From: Macrostomum lignano
Taxonomy: Eukaryota
Assembly: GCA_002269645.1 (NCBI GenBank)
Contig: NIVC01001141.1
Location: 124,001-188,000, forward strand
Reading direction: 5' to 3'
Length of the DNA stretch: 64,000 bases
The first letter of the stretch is position 1, and every line of letters starts with the position of its first letter. Shown here one piece after another: positions 47,701 through 59,994 of the stretch. The translations under genes were made by a program, and so were the position numbers. The notes under the pieces were generated by a model, which ran no database searches, was not told the DNA's origin, and saw nothing but the letters and a program-made list of their open reading frames with translations.

Positions 47701-48389
47701 AACACTACTAAAAAAATTTGACTCGGTTGTCTTGGAAAGCCAAACATTCCACCTGGCTTGTGAAAGTGCTTCGATAAAACCCTAGTCGACACTTAGGAAA
47801 ATCTGCACATGGTCAAACAGCTGCATGAGTCATGCCATGCACTGCATGCTACTTGGTAATTATAGGATGTTAAAAACTAATTTAATGCATTTACGAGTGT
47901 AGAGCATTAAATACCGTGATCGAAGAAATTCAGAAAATTTATCAAAAAGGCATTTGTCAATTGCGTTCAATTTATTGAATTTTGAGAACTTTGACTGCTT
48001 TACCGCTTGAACTTCGCTCGCACTTCGCCTTACAAAGCACTGCCAGTGCGTGAGAATCTTGCGAGTCAGTGAATCCAAATGGAACTGAAAATGAAACTCC
48101 GTTGGTTATCTCACACATTACGCATTTGTATTCGCAGTTACTTTATTGCTGAGTAAGTTCGCGGTCTTCAGTCCAACGGTGAATAGCAGCCTAGCCTAAG
48201 ATAGCATCCAGTTTGGCGCTCTGCAATTGGCGTGATCGGCAAACAGCGACAAAGATAGGGATTTTTTATTTAAGTATTTGCTAACCGGCCGCGCTGGGGA
48301 ATAGGAAACAGACAACAGGGAACATAGAACAGGGACATGGAACATCTAAAGTAAATTATCATAAAGATTATGCTCAGTTCTCAAGAGAG

Positions 48390-49277
48390 AAGTGAGTCAC
48401 GGTAAGCGTGGCCATAGACACAAGAGGTGCAGGTGAGTAAAGAGAGAGGTGAGTCACGGTAAGCGTGGCTATAGACACAAGTGGTGCAGGTGAGTAAAGA
48501 GAGAGGTGAGTCACGGTAAGCGTGGCCATAGACACAAGCGGTGCAGGTCAGTAAAGAGAGAGGTGAGTCACTGTAAGCGTGGCCATAGACACAAGAGGTG
48601 CAGGTCGGTAAATAGAGAGGTGAGTCACGGTAAGCGTGGCCATAGACACAAGAGGTGCAGGTCGGTAAAGAGAGAGATGAGTCACGGTAAGCGTGGCCAT
48701 AGACACAAGAGGTGCAGGTCGGTAAAGAGAGAGGTGAGTCACGGTAAGCGTGGCCATAGACACAAGCGGTGCAGGTCAGTAAAGAGAGAGGTGAGTCACG
48801 GTAAGCGTGGCCATAGACACAAGAGGTGCAGGTCGGTAAAGAGAGAGGTGAGTCACGGTAAGCGTGGCCATAGACACAAGAGGTGCAGGTCGGTAAAGAG
48901 AGAGGTGAGTCACGGTAAGCGTGGCCATAGACACAAGAGGTGCAGGTCGGTAAAGAGAGAGGTGAGTCACGGTAAGCGTGGCTATAGACACAAGTGGTGC
49001 ATGTGAGTAAAGAGAGAAGTGAGTCACGGTAAGCGTGGCCATATACACAAGAGGTGCAGGTGAGTAAAGAGAGAGGTGAGTCACGGTAAGCGTGGCTATA
49101 GACACAAGTGGTGCAGGTGAGTAAAGAGAGAGGTGAGTCACGGTAAGCGTGGCCATAGACACAAGCGGTGCAGGTCAGTAAAGAGAGAGGTGAGTCACTG
49201 TAAGCGTGGCCATAGACACAAGAGGTGAAGGTCGGTAAAGAGAGAGGTGAGTCACGGTAAGCGTGGCCATAGACACT
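48390..49277. repeat. 57-bp minisatellite, about 16 units
   Basis: (GTGAGTCACGGTAAGCGTGGCCATAGACACAAGAGGTGCAGGTCGGTAAAGAGAGAG)n. Confidence 0.95.
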
Positions 49278-49725
49278 GAATGGAAAACTACTTACCTTAA
49301 CTGCTTAGCTATTAGAAATCGATGATGAGAGGCAGTGCAGAGCAGTGATTAAACACTGATTCCGGAAATGCTGTTAGCAATGTGGACACGGCAAACCCCA
49401 GACGTCAATGTTATAGCAAAGCTTATTTATGCCTGAGCTAAGTTGTGGAAAGTACAGAAACATCAAGACAAAATCTAATTATTGCACACGTTTGTATGCG
49501 ATGCAACTGGAAACAGTTTATATTCGGAATAATTTACCAAAGATTCGCCCCGCAGTGACCAAATTCTAATTCCAATAGTTAAAAAACTCATACGACTTCC
49601 AAAATCGAAGAAAAGCATACATGGTCCAACACAGCAGCTCTGAATTATAGCGATCTAACAAATCTCTGGAATCTCTGGCGGCTCATAAAGGGGGAGGCAA
49701 ACGTTCAGTTTCTATGAAATCATTA

Positions 49726-51574
49726 TTAACAAGAGTCGCCCAGCGGCTCGACCAGCCGGATGACCACCAGGCCGTGCTGGCCGGCGTTGCCGCCAGTGGT
49801 GCCGCTGCAGCCGCTGCCAGAGCAGAAGGAGCCGCCGCCACCTCCTGGAGGGCTCCCCGAGAAGCTGGTGGCGCCTCCGCTGAAGCCGCCGCCGGCCCCG
49901 GCAGCGCCCCAGTTGGGGATCGAAGTGCCGCCTCCTCCGCCGCCGCCGAACCCGCCGTCGCCGGTGTTGGAGCTGCCGGCGTCGCCGCCCAGCCAGCCTT
50001 CGGCCCGACTGCCGCCTCCGTCACCGTCGTCCGGTCCCCGCCTGGTGCACACCGGCTTCCCCAGCCAGCCGGCGCCGCAGCCAGCGAGGTTCTGGTTGCC
50101 GGTCATGGCGCTGGAGTTGTGGAAGCCCGGCTGTCCGTTGCTGCCGCCGTGGCTGTTTCCGCTCTGATTCGCGACGGAGCCGTTGACGCCGGCCTCTCCG
50201 GGCAGGCCTGTTGAAATTTTGGATTCGGCTTTTACCAGCTGCGTAGCAGTCAATTCTGAGATAAGCTCAAGCTGAGTGTACTCAAAGTGGAGTCCGTTTG
50301 AAGTTGGGGTGTTGTCAGAAATCTGAAGCTGGTGCTGTGTTCCCTATAGACCTATGTAATTTTACTGCACTCACCGTCCCTATGGTAGGTCCCAGCACCT
50401 CCACCTCCGGCTGCAGCCAGCAGCAGCCCGTCTGCCGTCCGGTACACGAAGCTGCCGCCGCCTCCGCCGCCACCTGCGTACAAGCTGCTGGGCGGACCGC
50501 CGGCCTGTCCGACCACGACACTCAGCTGGGTGCCGGCCGTCAGGTTGAAGGCGCCGGACACGAAGGCGCCGCTGCCGCCAGCCTTGCCTGAAAAGGAGTT
50601 GGTGCCGCCTCTGGCGCCCGACACTTCGATCCGGTAGCAGCCGGTCGAGGGGATCGTCACGGACTGGATGGAGCCGGCTGTGCCCGTGCCGCTGTCTGCA
50701 GTGAGAGAGGACTCTATTCGCACTCAAGGTACGACACAGAATGGAAATACACCTGACCCACAGCAAGACACACCAATCCAACTGCCGGTGGGCAGCCAAC
50801 AGAACAGCCGCTGCAATTTCGATCTCTGTGTGCAGTTTGTTCTGTGAAGGCACTCTGGGGATCGGAACCCTGCATTTCCTTCCTTCCCATTCAGCTGCGT
50901 ACTAACTACGGCCAACTCAGCTTAACTTGCAGCTCTGGCAGTAAATGTGCTGACCCACTAGGCCAGCGAACTACAGTTACCTTAGCAAACATGGGCTTCT
51001 CCTCACTTCTCAGCTCAATGGTGACATTCAGCATCCTCTTCCTCATCAGCTCCGTGAAGTTCTCGGCCGTCCACAGCCTGGCGCCGGGCTCGGAGCCCAC
51101 GAGTCTCTGCACGTGAGTCCCGTCCGGTCCCGGCGCCTGAGACGCGTCGTTCAGCAGCAGCAGCTGGCAGGCGCGCGAGCTGGGGATGAGCGAAGCCAGC
51201 AGGCAGCCCTTCCGCTGGCACGCTGCCAGACACTCCAGCCGGGTCTGGACGCCGGTCAGGTTGACGAGTTCGCTGCTGGAGGCGTTGCCGATCAGGACGG
51301 ATCCCTTTGCTTTAATGAAGCGGCCGTTTTGGTGGAGCTGGGCGCCTGTTGGTTGAAGGAGATTCGGCTTTTTGCAACCTGTGGCTCCTCCACCACAGCG
51401 CGGTTTTTACGAGCTAACGGTGGTCTACCTCGAAAATGTTCAATTCTTAAAGTTTTACGGGTTTGGAAATCGACTTGACGCATTCACAGGGACTGCTTGT
51501 GCATTGTGCAAGAGAATCTCACCTATCACAGTAGCCGTGCAGCCGAAGAGCAGCGCTAGGAAGGCAGATCGCAT
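49726..51574 (-). CDS. Secreted protein with signal peptide, PAN/apple-like domain and ALK/LTK-type glycine-rich domain (exons 51523-51574, 50959-51345, 50375-50695, 49726-50207; ~413 aa)
   Basis: MRSAFLALLFGCTATVIG leader; RLECLAACQRKGC..CQL; GSIQSVTIPSTGCYRIEVSGARGG..FNLTAGTQLSVVVGQAG..GGGGGSFVY..LLAAAGGGG..GGFGGGGGG..GGGFSGG..GGGGGSF..GLVVIR. The exon-2 donor (50959 versus 50981) was chosen for phase compatibility. Confidence 0.8.
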
Positions 51575-52978
51575 TTCAAAATGCCTAGAATTTCTACTTT
51601 ACAGTTCTTTTTTGTTTTAGACTTAAGCTCCTTTGTAAGTTTTCTTGAACTCAGCCTGCTCAGAGATTTAAGCTTTCAGGCTGTGAGAAGGTGCTTGGAT
51701 TGATGGTGTTTTGTTGCCCTGAAGACCGATGAATGGCTGAGGATGGCTGGGCCATTTTCATTGGCTAAGTTGGGGCCAATTCTTTTGATCAGGTAGCAGC
51801 GATGCGCAAATTTCCTTCTGTGTGTTGATTTTTCCGCAGCTCCGCAATGCCTCCGCTTGAGTGGCACAAAAAGCGTTCTGCAACCTAAGCTGAGTTGTCA
51901 ATCTCTGAGAAGCAGAATCTCTATCTTCTAATTTGGGGTCGATCCTGAATAGTGACCTGGCCTTTATCATTCACAGGTGTTTACCGCACCCCTTTTAAAC
52001 CAAGCAAGTTCGAGCTTAAGTTAGGAATCTCTGCCGCAAATCAAGGCGACAGTTGACGGCCCCATCAGCGAGGAAGCCGATTCCGCTGAGCCCTGAGCAC
52101 CACACGCGCACATTCCCATGAAGGTTGGCCCTCGTGCGGGAGAATCGCACAAGCCTGAAGGCAAACTTCTGTGCTATGAAAGCTATACTTCAGTAGCCTA
52201 TGAGACTTCGGGTCTTGAAGTGGATTCTGCTGTCTTCCACGATTCTGAAACAAACATTGATTTGGCATCATCTTGCACACCTATCGTAAGGTTCTGGGAA
52301 GCGATTTTGCAACACATTAGTCCTCAAGTTGGCACGAGTGTAAGACTGAATTTTTTCTCTTTCCGTAAATTCAGTCTGCACAAAGGATTACTGATGGACG
52401 AGGATTTATCAGCGCCATTACCATGGAGACTGCTCTAAGCACTCTGATAAGTTGACTTTATTCTGGACTTGAGAGTCACCCTCGGTCGGTTAGAGATTCG
52501 ACATGCAGTTGGAGAGGCATCTTGCAGACGCCTAAACCTCCTTGCTTGACGAGAAGACGGGCGCCTACAAGAGTAGCTTCAGAGCTTTTCCTGGTCAGCA
52601 TCCAGACACGTGTGCTGAAACAGCTTCTGTCCAGTTGGCTTCTCCTGAGTTTTGGTTAAAAGCTTCCCTGGATTCATTTTGCCCACTTCAGACTTGCCTA
52701 ATGGAAGCACTGAGCTTTTAAATGCGCTGAGCAAGCCGCTGGGCCTTACTAAGTTCCTAGAAAAAAAATAATTGTAATATCTTGCTTTCTGGACTTCTAA
52801 TGTACATGTATGTTTACATTAGGCTTTTTTATGTTGATTCGAAGGCTGCCTACTAGTTAATTTTTTTAAATGTAAGAGGCGAGACATAAGCAATTTTTTT
52901 TAATCTGACTTCTGGGAAACTGCTAGAATTAGGGACAGTGGGTGTTAAACTTAATAATTGTTGTTAAAGGGGCGCCAA

Positions 52979-53182
52979 GGGGGCCGTAGCCCAGCGGTAG
53001 CGCAGCTGCTCTGGTGTGCCAGCGACCCAGGCTCGATTCCAAGTGCAGTCATTAATTTGGGGCTGAATTAGAATTTCGGCTTGGCTCTGCTCGTGCAATT
53101 AACGGCCTTGAGAGCCAACCCCCCAAGGCGCAGTGAAGTGTACATGCCTAACGATAAAATAAAGTTAGGGCCGCTGTACACT

Positions 53183-53239
<57 letters not shown>

Positions 53240-53332
53240 CTGCGTACGTATCCGCGCGCTTGTATGCCTGCTCAGGGGAGTCGGCGGAATGGGCAGTAAT
53301 GCCTCTCGCTGGTTGTGTGCCATGTCGCTTAA
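52979..53332 (+). mobile_element. tRNA-derived SINE (~354 bp) with an internal (TG)n tract and 13-bp TSD AAAGGGGCGCCAA
   Basis: A-box TAGCCCAGCGG and B-box GGCTCGATTCC; TSD at 52966-52978 and 53333-53345. Confidence 0.85.
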
Positions 53333-54587
53333 AAAGGGGCGCCAAATCAGTGGGCAGTAAAGTTTTGAGAGCCTATGTAGAACAATACATAACCCTTAAA
53401 TTGCATCCGATGAGCTTATATGACGTAAAAATTCGCCTCCGAAGAGCTTTCATTTGAAAGTTATGTCTTCCTTTCGCATACTAGCTGCATGGTGTCAAGA
53501 AATTCTGGCCTTAGTATAGGCCATAGTGCTCAATGTTGACGCACTCTTAGGACCACTCAGAATACTCGTATTTTACTATAAGATGCAATAATAGTCGAAG
53601 TCGAAGACGATAGTTAATAGACAACGATTTTATGTTATATTTGCAGATATTTTCTGAACTTCTGAACTAAATTCAAACAAAACGCAGCCAAACTTTATGG
53701 ATTCAAAAGTTTAAGAGTTTGTAACGGAATTTTCACTTTGGGGCTTTTCATACGAGCGTATTACCAATTCCAGAATCAGAATCGGTTCGGATCTTCCAAG
53801 AAAAACAGCAGTATAACTATTTAATTCTGTTGAATGTTTGACTGCCTTAACAACCTCACTTTGCACAATTTTTCACTTTCTTCTTGGCGATTGTCATTCA
53901 ATAATAAAAACTTTATAGCACATATCTCCCTCTAGTTATGGAGACAAAAAGTTATACTTCACAAATTGGTTCTGGTTCTGGAACCAGAACAAGCAATATG
54001 AAAAGGCCCTAGGTACGGTCTAACGCGGCGCGGCAGCTCAGCTCGCCGTGCTCCCGTCTAAACGCCATAATTTTAGTTGCTGTATTACCGACTAGACGGT
54101 CGTCAATAGGCTGAGCTAGGGCCTGCGCAAGTAGAAGAATTGGAAACTATGTTTCTTGGAAAATTTTGAATTTAGGAGGCCAGGTTTTTTTCAAAAAAAT
54201 ACATTACAGAAACAGGTTTTCATTTTTATAGGGCCTAGCTCTATTGATATTTTCTATACTATGCCTAAAAAAATAAAATGCATGGCATAGCTTTACTCAT
54301 CATTTTTATAAATCTATTTATCTTTTCTATCTGTTATATAATATTGTTATAGTCAACTAGAGCCTCAGGCTAAGAATTATAAAATTGATTCATGAGATGA
54401 AACCAATGAGCCAAGCTTTTTTATTTTTTTGGTTTCAAGGCTATCAAGACTATAATACTATAGGCCTATAAATTATAAGTGCAATATATATTTAATAAAA
54501 AATAATTTTTTAAACAAAAAGCTTTTTAGAAAGTAATAGAACTAGAACTATAAAAAGGCAAATTATCTCAAATGATAGGCCTAGTTA

Positions 54588-55953
54588 GGGCAAGCCCCTT
54601 GGCCCCCACTCTGGCAAATGTCTGCTTGGCCCACTGGGAAACCAAAAATTGGATGTCTCTTAACTATGCCCCCAAATTCTACAGGCACTACATCGATGAT
54701 ACGTTTGCTATCTTAAATTTGATCAGGAGCAAAAAATTGATCAGTTCCTCCACGGCCCACGCTCTCAACTCCACTCATAAGAACATCAAATTCACGGTTG
54801 AACATGCTGTTGACCAGACTCCTATTCCTGGACATTGGCATTGACTACAGACAGTAAGGAAACCCTCTCCACAAAAGTCTTCCATAAGAAAAGCTTTACC
54901 AATCTCATTCTCAATTTCCAAGCCACTTGCCCCAGACAATGGAAAACTGGGCTTGTGAGGTGTTTGCTCCATAGGCATAGAGCTTTCACTACCTATAACA
55001 CCTGGATCAACTTTGACTGGGAGGTGCAGTTCCTTACCAGACTGTTCTATCAAAATGACTACCCCGTTTGTCTGGTTCAAAAAATCATCAACAAGTTCAT
55101 CTCGGACAAAATCACCAAACAAAAACCTAAGCAATCTGTTACCACTGAAGAATTTGAACCCATTCTGCGTCTCCCCTTCCTCGGACCTCCATCTCTAGCC
55201 TTGAAAAACAGAATGCATAGGTTATTCTTTGCCTCTTTCAATAGTAATATCCAGGTTGTCTTCTACATAAACAAGATTGGAAACTTTGTTAGCAGATTAA
55301 AGTTGCGTGTTCCTCGTACTCTGTGTGCAGGTGTTGTTTACCAATTTAACTGCTCTGTGGACCAGAGCGTCTCCTACGTGGGGAAAACCAAAAGACACCT
55401 ACACACGAGGATCAGGGAACACTGGCTCAAACCACCTGCTATACAAACTCACCTCTTTGAATGCACTAACTGCAATGACTGCAAACCAGAAGAACACTTT
55501 AAAATCATTGACCAAAGCCATACTGATGCCAAACTTAGAATTCTCGAGGCCCTACACATAAAAGCTCAGTCCCCAAATCTCAACACCCAATTACAACATA
55601 ATGGTGCAGGTCACGTTCTCTGCGTTTTCTGAACAGTGAGTGACACAAACGTGTATGCTGTGTACACTTAACTTGACGTTCATTTACTTAAGCTACCACC
55701 CCTGATTCTGCCTTTTGACCACTGAACAAGAATTGTGTACTTTTGGTTTATTTTCAATCTTAATCTATAATTTTCTCTCCTACCTACCTATGTATGTTGT
55801 TAAAGCCAAGTTGTAATCAATTGTTTTCAATCTTACCCTCCTTATCTATGTACGTTGCAAAAACCAATATTTAATCAATTGTTTTCAATCTCACTTTCTC
55901 AAATTGTTCTAATAAAATCCTAACGATGCACAATGGTGTGCAAAGTTGTTAGA
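54588..55953 (+). mobile_element. 5'-truncated, frameshifted Penelope-like retroelement (RT C-terminus + GIY-YIG)
   Basis: SPLAPTLAN, YRHYIDDTFA (RT); LRLPFLG, AGVVYQFNCSVDQSVSYVGKTKRHLHTRIREH, LRILEALHIK..PNLN (GIY-YIG); short tandem repeats and a decayed hammerhead-like motif in the 3' region. Confidence 0.9.
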
Positions 55954-56652
55954 AATTGCAATCATATTCAAATATTGATATTAAGCTTTCTAAAATGCTA
56001 ATAGGTTTTGTTCATCTCTTGTCATATTTAATTGCTGATTAAGTGGCAGTTTTGGTTGTCAACTCAGATTCAGTTCCAAATCAGTAGGATTTGGAGCTCC
56101 TCATAGGTGACTGGCCTTGGGATATGATCAGTTAAGTTTAATGTTTGGCATCTATTAGTAGGATTTGTTGGTGCAGCTTCGGCTGTGGTGGCATGGTTTG
56201 GGGTCTGGAGCTCCTTCTATATGATCGCTACTTAGACCAATTGCCATGTTGTTGAGGTGCCTAAAGGTCAATCTTTGTCAATGGCTTTGGCATCATTATT
56301 GTTGGATTTAGATTTGTCAGCAGATGATAAGGTGTAGCAGCTGTCAGCATTGCTGCTGAACCTCACTCTCTTAAACACCAGATAGCAAGCAGGTTGGCAG
56401 CGGTTGTCACTGGCTATGCTATGGTCCCAGTCCTTGTCACCTTCAGCTAGTAGATGGTGGCTCCTAGTAAGGCAACATGTTGTGCTGCTAAAGCTAGTAA
56501 ATAACCTCTGCATGTCTCGATAATGGCTGGCAGATGGCCTTGGCTTTGTTGCCGGCAGGTGCAGCACTGTCAGTGGTTTGCTGTCAGCTGTTGATGATGT
56601 TGGCAACATAGCCTTGCCATTGGACTCCTTCAATGTTGCCTCAGTAGTAGAC

Positions 56653-56676
56653 TAGGGTTAGGGTTAGGGTTAGGGT
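56653..56676 (+). repeat. Short interstitial telomeric tract (TTAGGG)~4
   Basis: TAGGGTTAGGGTTAGGGTTAGGGT. Confidence 0.8.
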
Positions 56677-57334
56677 ATTACAATATTATAAATATTATGT
56701 TTCTATAAGGTAGGCCTACAGTTTAAAGTTATTGTTATTGCTTTTATAAAATCTTCATTTTTTAATGAGTAAGTCCCTCTATTATAATAAATAGTAAATA
56801 TTTCTTAATATCTATTTAAAATATTTTGAGTTTTTTGTTAGTTCTAGGCTAGAAATACTGATATCATATATGCAATTTCTAAAATTATATTATACTTGTC
56901 ATGTGGATTAGTTTTGACTAAAAATATGGTAAGAGTTTTTATTAAACATTATTTGCAAAGTTTTTTATCATAATAGTCCCTAGTAGTACTTTCTTAGCCC
57001 TAATTTAGAGATTTGAACAGTATTATTTCTTTGTATTATCATTTGTTAAGCTTTGGATTTTATAATTAATATAAAGTCTATAATTATATCTTATATTCAT
57101 TGAGCTAATAGCTTAGACCTGAGATTTTTTAAAAAAATAAAAAATAATATAAATTTATATTGATACACTGTTTGATTGAAACAAATGCAATCATTGAGAA
57201 TTTTTTTAGCCTGCTTAATCTATTTTAATAGACGAATTAACTGAATATAAGCATTAGTTTAAATGTTAACTAGAGCAATGAGAGAACAAATGGGGTTGCA
57301 GGCCCAGGACTAAAAAATTCTATGAAGGCAAGGT

Positions 57335-57482
57335 GCAAGAGTATTAGTGTAAGAGTATTGGTACAAGAGTATTGGTACAAGAGTATTGGTACAAGAGTAT
57401 TGGTACAAGAGTATTGGTACAAGAGTATTAGTGTAAGAGTATTGGTACAAGAGTATTGGTACAAGAGTATTGGTACAAGAGT
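57335..57482. repeat. 14-bp minisatellite (GTACAAGAGTATTG)n
   Basis: Visible tandem array. Confidence 0.88.
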
Positions 57483-57703
57483 AAAGCTAATAAGTCATAA
57501 CAAGCATACAGTCATTCTCAGTTTAGTCAATTAAGGTGCAAGCAAGCTCAGTGTTGCCTCAATATTTTTTAATCAATTGCCCTTTGTAAATTCACAGTTA
57601 AAAAATAGAAAACGTAAATGTCTGATTTTATACACATTCTGACAGCTTGATTGAGAGCCAACCTGGAAACTGAGATGTCAATCACCTTCTGCAGCTCCAG
57701 GCA

Positions 57704-58248
57704 ATGCCAGCAACTGGCCAGAAGCAGCAGTTTGCCAACCTCTTGTGCGAGTACTGCGGCGATGAGCCCGCTGCAGTGGCCTGCTCTGCGCCCCGCTGCA
57801 AGCGCCTCTGCTGCGCCTGCGACGCTGTCTGGCATGGCCACCCGAGCGCCGCAGCCACCGCGCCACCCGCAAGGAGATCCCCCAGGCTGCCTCGAGCTCT
57901 ACGCGCCATCAGTCGGCTCGGCTCAAGGCTGAGGACGCCCCGTGTCCAGCGTGCACTCTGCTGAACCCGCCCGATGCCCACAGTTGCCGCTTGTGCAACA
58001 CTCCGCTGCCACCGCGAGCGGCTGGTGCCGATGTTGCCCACCTGGAAGGTGTCGACCTGCGCGCCAGCATGATGGCGCAGGAGCGGCGCCAGCTGGCGCT
58101 GGTCAACCGGCTGCACCAAGAGTACCGAAGCCTGGCTTCTGGCAAGCACCTGGAGTGCCGGGGTTCGGCCTCTGATAAGCACCTGGAGTACCGGGGCTTG
58201 GCCTCCGACAAGCACCTGGAATACCGGGGCCTGACCTTCCAAAAATAA
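57704..58248 (+). CDS. Small B-box + NZF/RanBP2-type zinc-finger protein resembling the HOIP/RNF31 N-terminal region (~181 aa after correcting one frameshift)
   Basis: CEYC..CSAPRCKRLCCACDAVWHGHPS then, after a 1-nt shift near 57846, RRSHR..CPACTLLNPPDAHSCRLC; AATAAA overlaps the stop. Confidence 0.55.
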
Positions 58249-58885
58249 ATTTTAATGCGTTTATCGAATCGTGTTTTCGTAGCCAACAGATCGTTTTGGT
58301 TTGTTTGCCGATCTGCTCTGGTGACTTGCAGTTGTGCAATAATGAAATCCAACCGTTTCTGTTTCAATGACATTGTTCTGCTTTCATTCAGTACCTTTGA
58401 CCCGGTGTCGCATTTTATGCTCACAAAGCAGATTTTTCTATATTTATTCGGGAGTGCTTAAAAGTATCCCTTTATTGCTCCAGTTTACCTTAGCGTTACC
58501 GTTGCCTCACTGGTTGCATTATATTCTATCCGGCTTGATGTCAGTCTGTTTTTGGTTATTTTCTCAGTTTTATAATACAAGCATTTGCTACCAATTGAAC
58601 CGAATTGAAGTTTGTTACTTTATCAACTTTTTGACTGCTTATTAGCCTAAATTTTACCTGTCAACGAATGAGACTACTTCTAATTTAGTTTGTAAGTAGT
58701 AGCTTAGCAAATTATGCTAGGGGACAGGGTAGCTCAGCGGTAAATTTCGCTAACTTTCTCACGCTACGAACCCTGGTTGTTTGACCGCCCCCTGATAATA
58801 ATATTATTATTTGTACTCGTAGTAGTAGTAACTTATGTTGAAAATATAACAAAATTTCTGTCTGGCAACTGCTGCTGATTGCCCA

Positions 58886-59994
58886 ATGACTAGCAGCGCT
58901 ACAGTGGTGCTGGCCACCTCGGCCGAGACCTTCGAGTCCGCCCTGGCCTCCGCCAAGCCGGGCGGCCTCTGCCTGCTGCACTTCAGAGCTGACTGGGCGG
59001 CCCAGTGCGTCCAGATGTCGCTGGTGATGGACGAGCTGGCCAAGGAGCCGGCCTACTCAGCTGTCACTTTTGTCAATGTGGAGGCTGAACAGGTGAGCTG
59101 TGCGGAGCTGCTTGCTGGTCAAAGTGAGTCGCAAAATCCATTTGATTCAATCAAATCGCATGCAGGTGCCGCAGGTAACCAGCAGGTTTGGCGTCCTGGC
59201 GGTGCCCACCTTTCTGCTTGTGCGCAGGGCGGCTGAGAGCCAGCAGCCGCAAGTTATGGACCGCCTGAACGGTGCTGACCCGCGGCCCTGGCCGCCAAGC
59301 TCTCGGCCGCTGTGTCCGCCACCGCCCCGGCTACCGGCGGGGACGTCGCCGCGGCGCCAAAAGAGACGCAGGCGCAGCTGGAGGCCCGCCTGAAGTCGCT
59401 GCTGACCCGCTCGCCAGTCTTGCTGTTCATGAAAGGCTCGCCAGACGCGCCTCGCTGCGGCTTCAGCCGGCAGATCGTGGAGCTGCTGCGGAAGCACGCC
59501 GAGGTGGCGCCTTTCGACCACTTCGATATCCTCACCGACCAGGCCGTGCGAGAGGGCTTGAAGAAGCTGAGCAACTGGCCAACCTACCCGCAGCTGTACG
59601 CAGCCGGCGAGTTGCTGGGCGGTCTCGACGTTGTTCGCGAGATGGACGAGGCCGGCGAGCTGGGCCCCGCGCTGAAAGCCGCCGTGACGGCCCGCCTGGA
59701 GAAGCTGGTCAAGGCCGCGCCAGTCATGCTGTTCATGAAAGGCTCGCCAGACGCGCCCGCTGCGGCTTCAGCCGGCAGATCGTGGAGCTGCTGCGCTCCG
59801 AGGGCGTCCAGTTCGGCCACTTCGACATCCTGCAGGACAATTCCGTGCGAGAGGGCCTGAAGAAGTTCAGCAACTGGCCGACCTTCCCGCAGCTGTACGC
59901 TGATGGGCAGCTGTTGGGCGGCCTGGATATTGTGCGGGAGATGCAGCAGGCCGGTGAACTCAAGGAGTCCCTGCCGGCCAGTTGCCGAGCTTAG
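58886..59994 (+). CDS. GLRX3: Glutaredoxin-3/PICOT: Trx-like domain plus two monothiol CGFS domains (exons 58886-59092, 59166-59994)
   Basis: [16 protein letters not shown], two [44 protein letters not shown]; 1-nt frameshifts near 59281 and 59757. Confidence 0.95.

Noticed and set aside
48506-49006. Protamine-like His/Arg/Lys-rich 166-aa ORF
   Set aside because: Entirely the 57-bp repeat, starts at a GTG inside the array, with no unique flanking coding sequence.
52979-53050. Functional tRNA gene
   Set aside because: Acceptor, D and anticodon stems do not pair properly, and it is bracketed with a body and tail by a TSD, so it is a SINE head.
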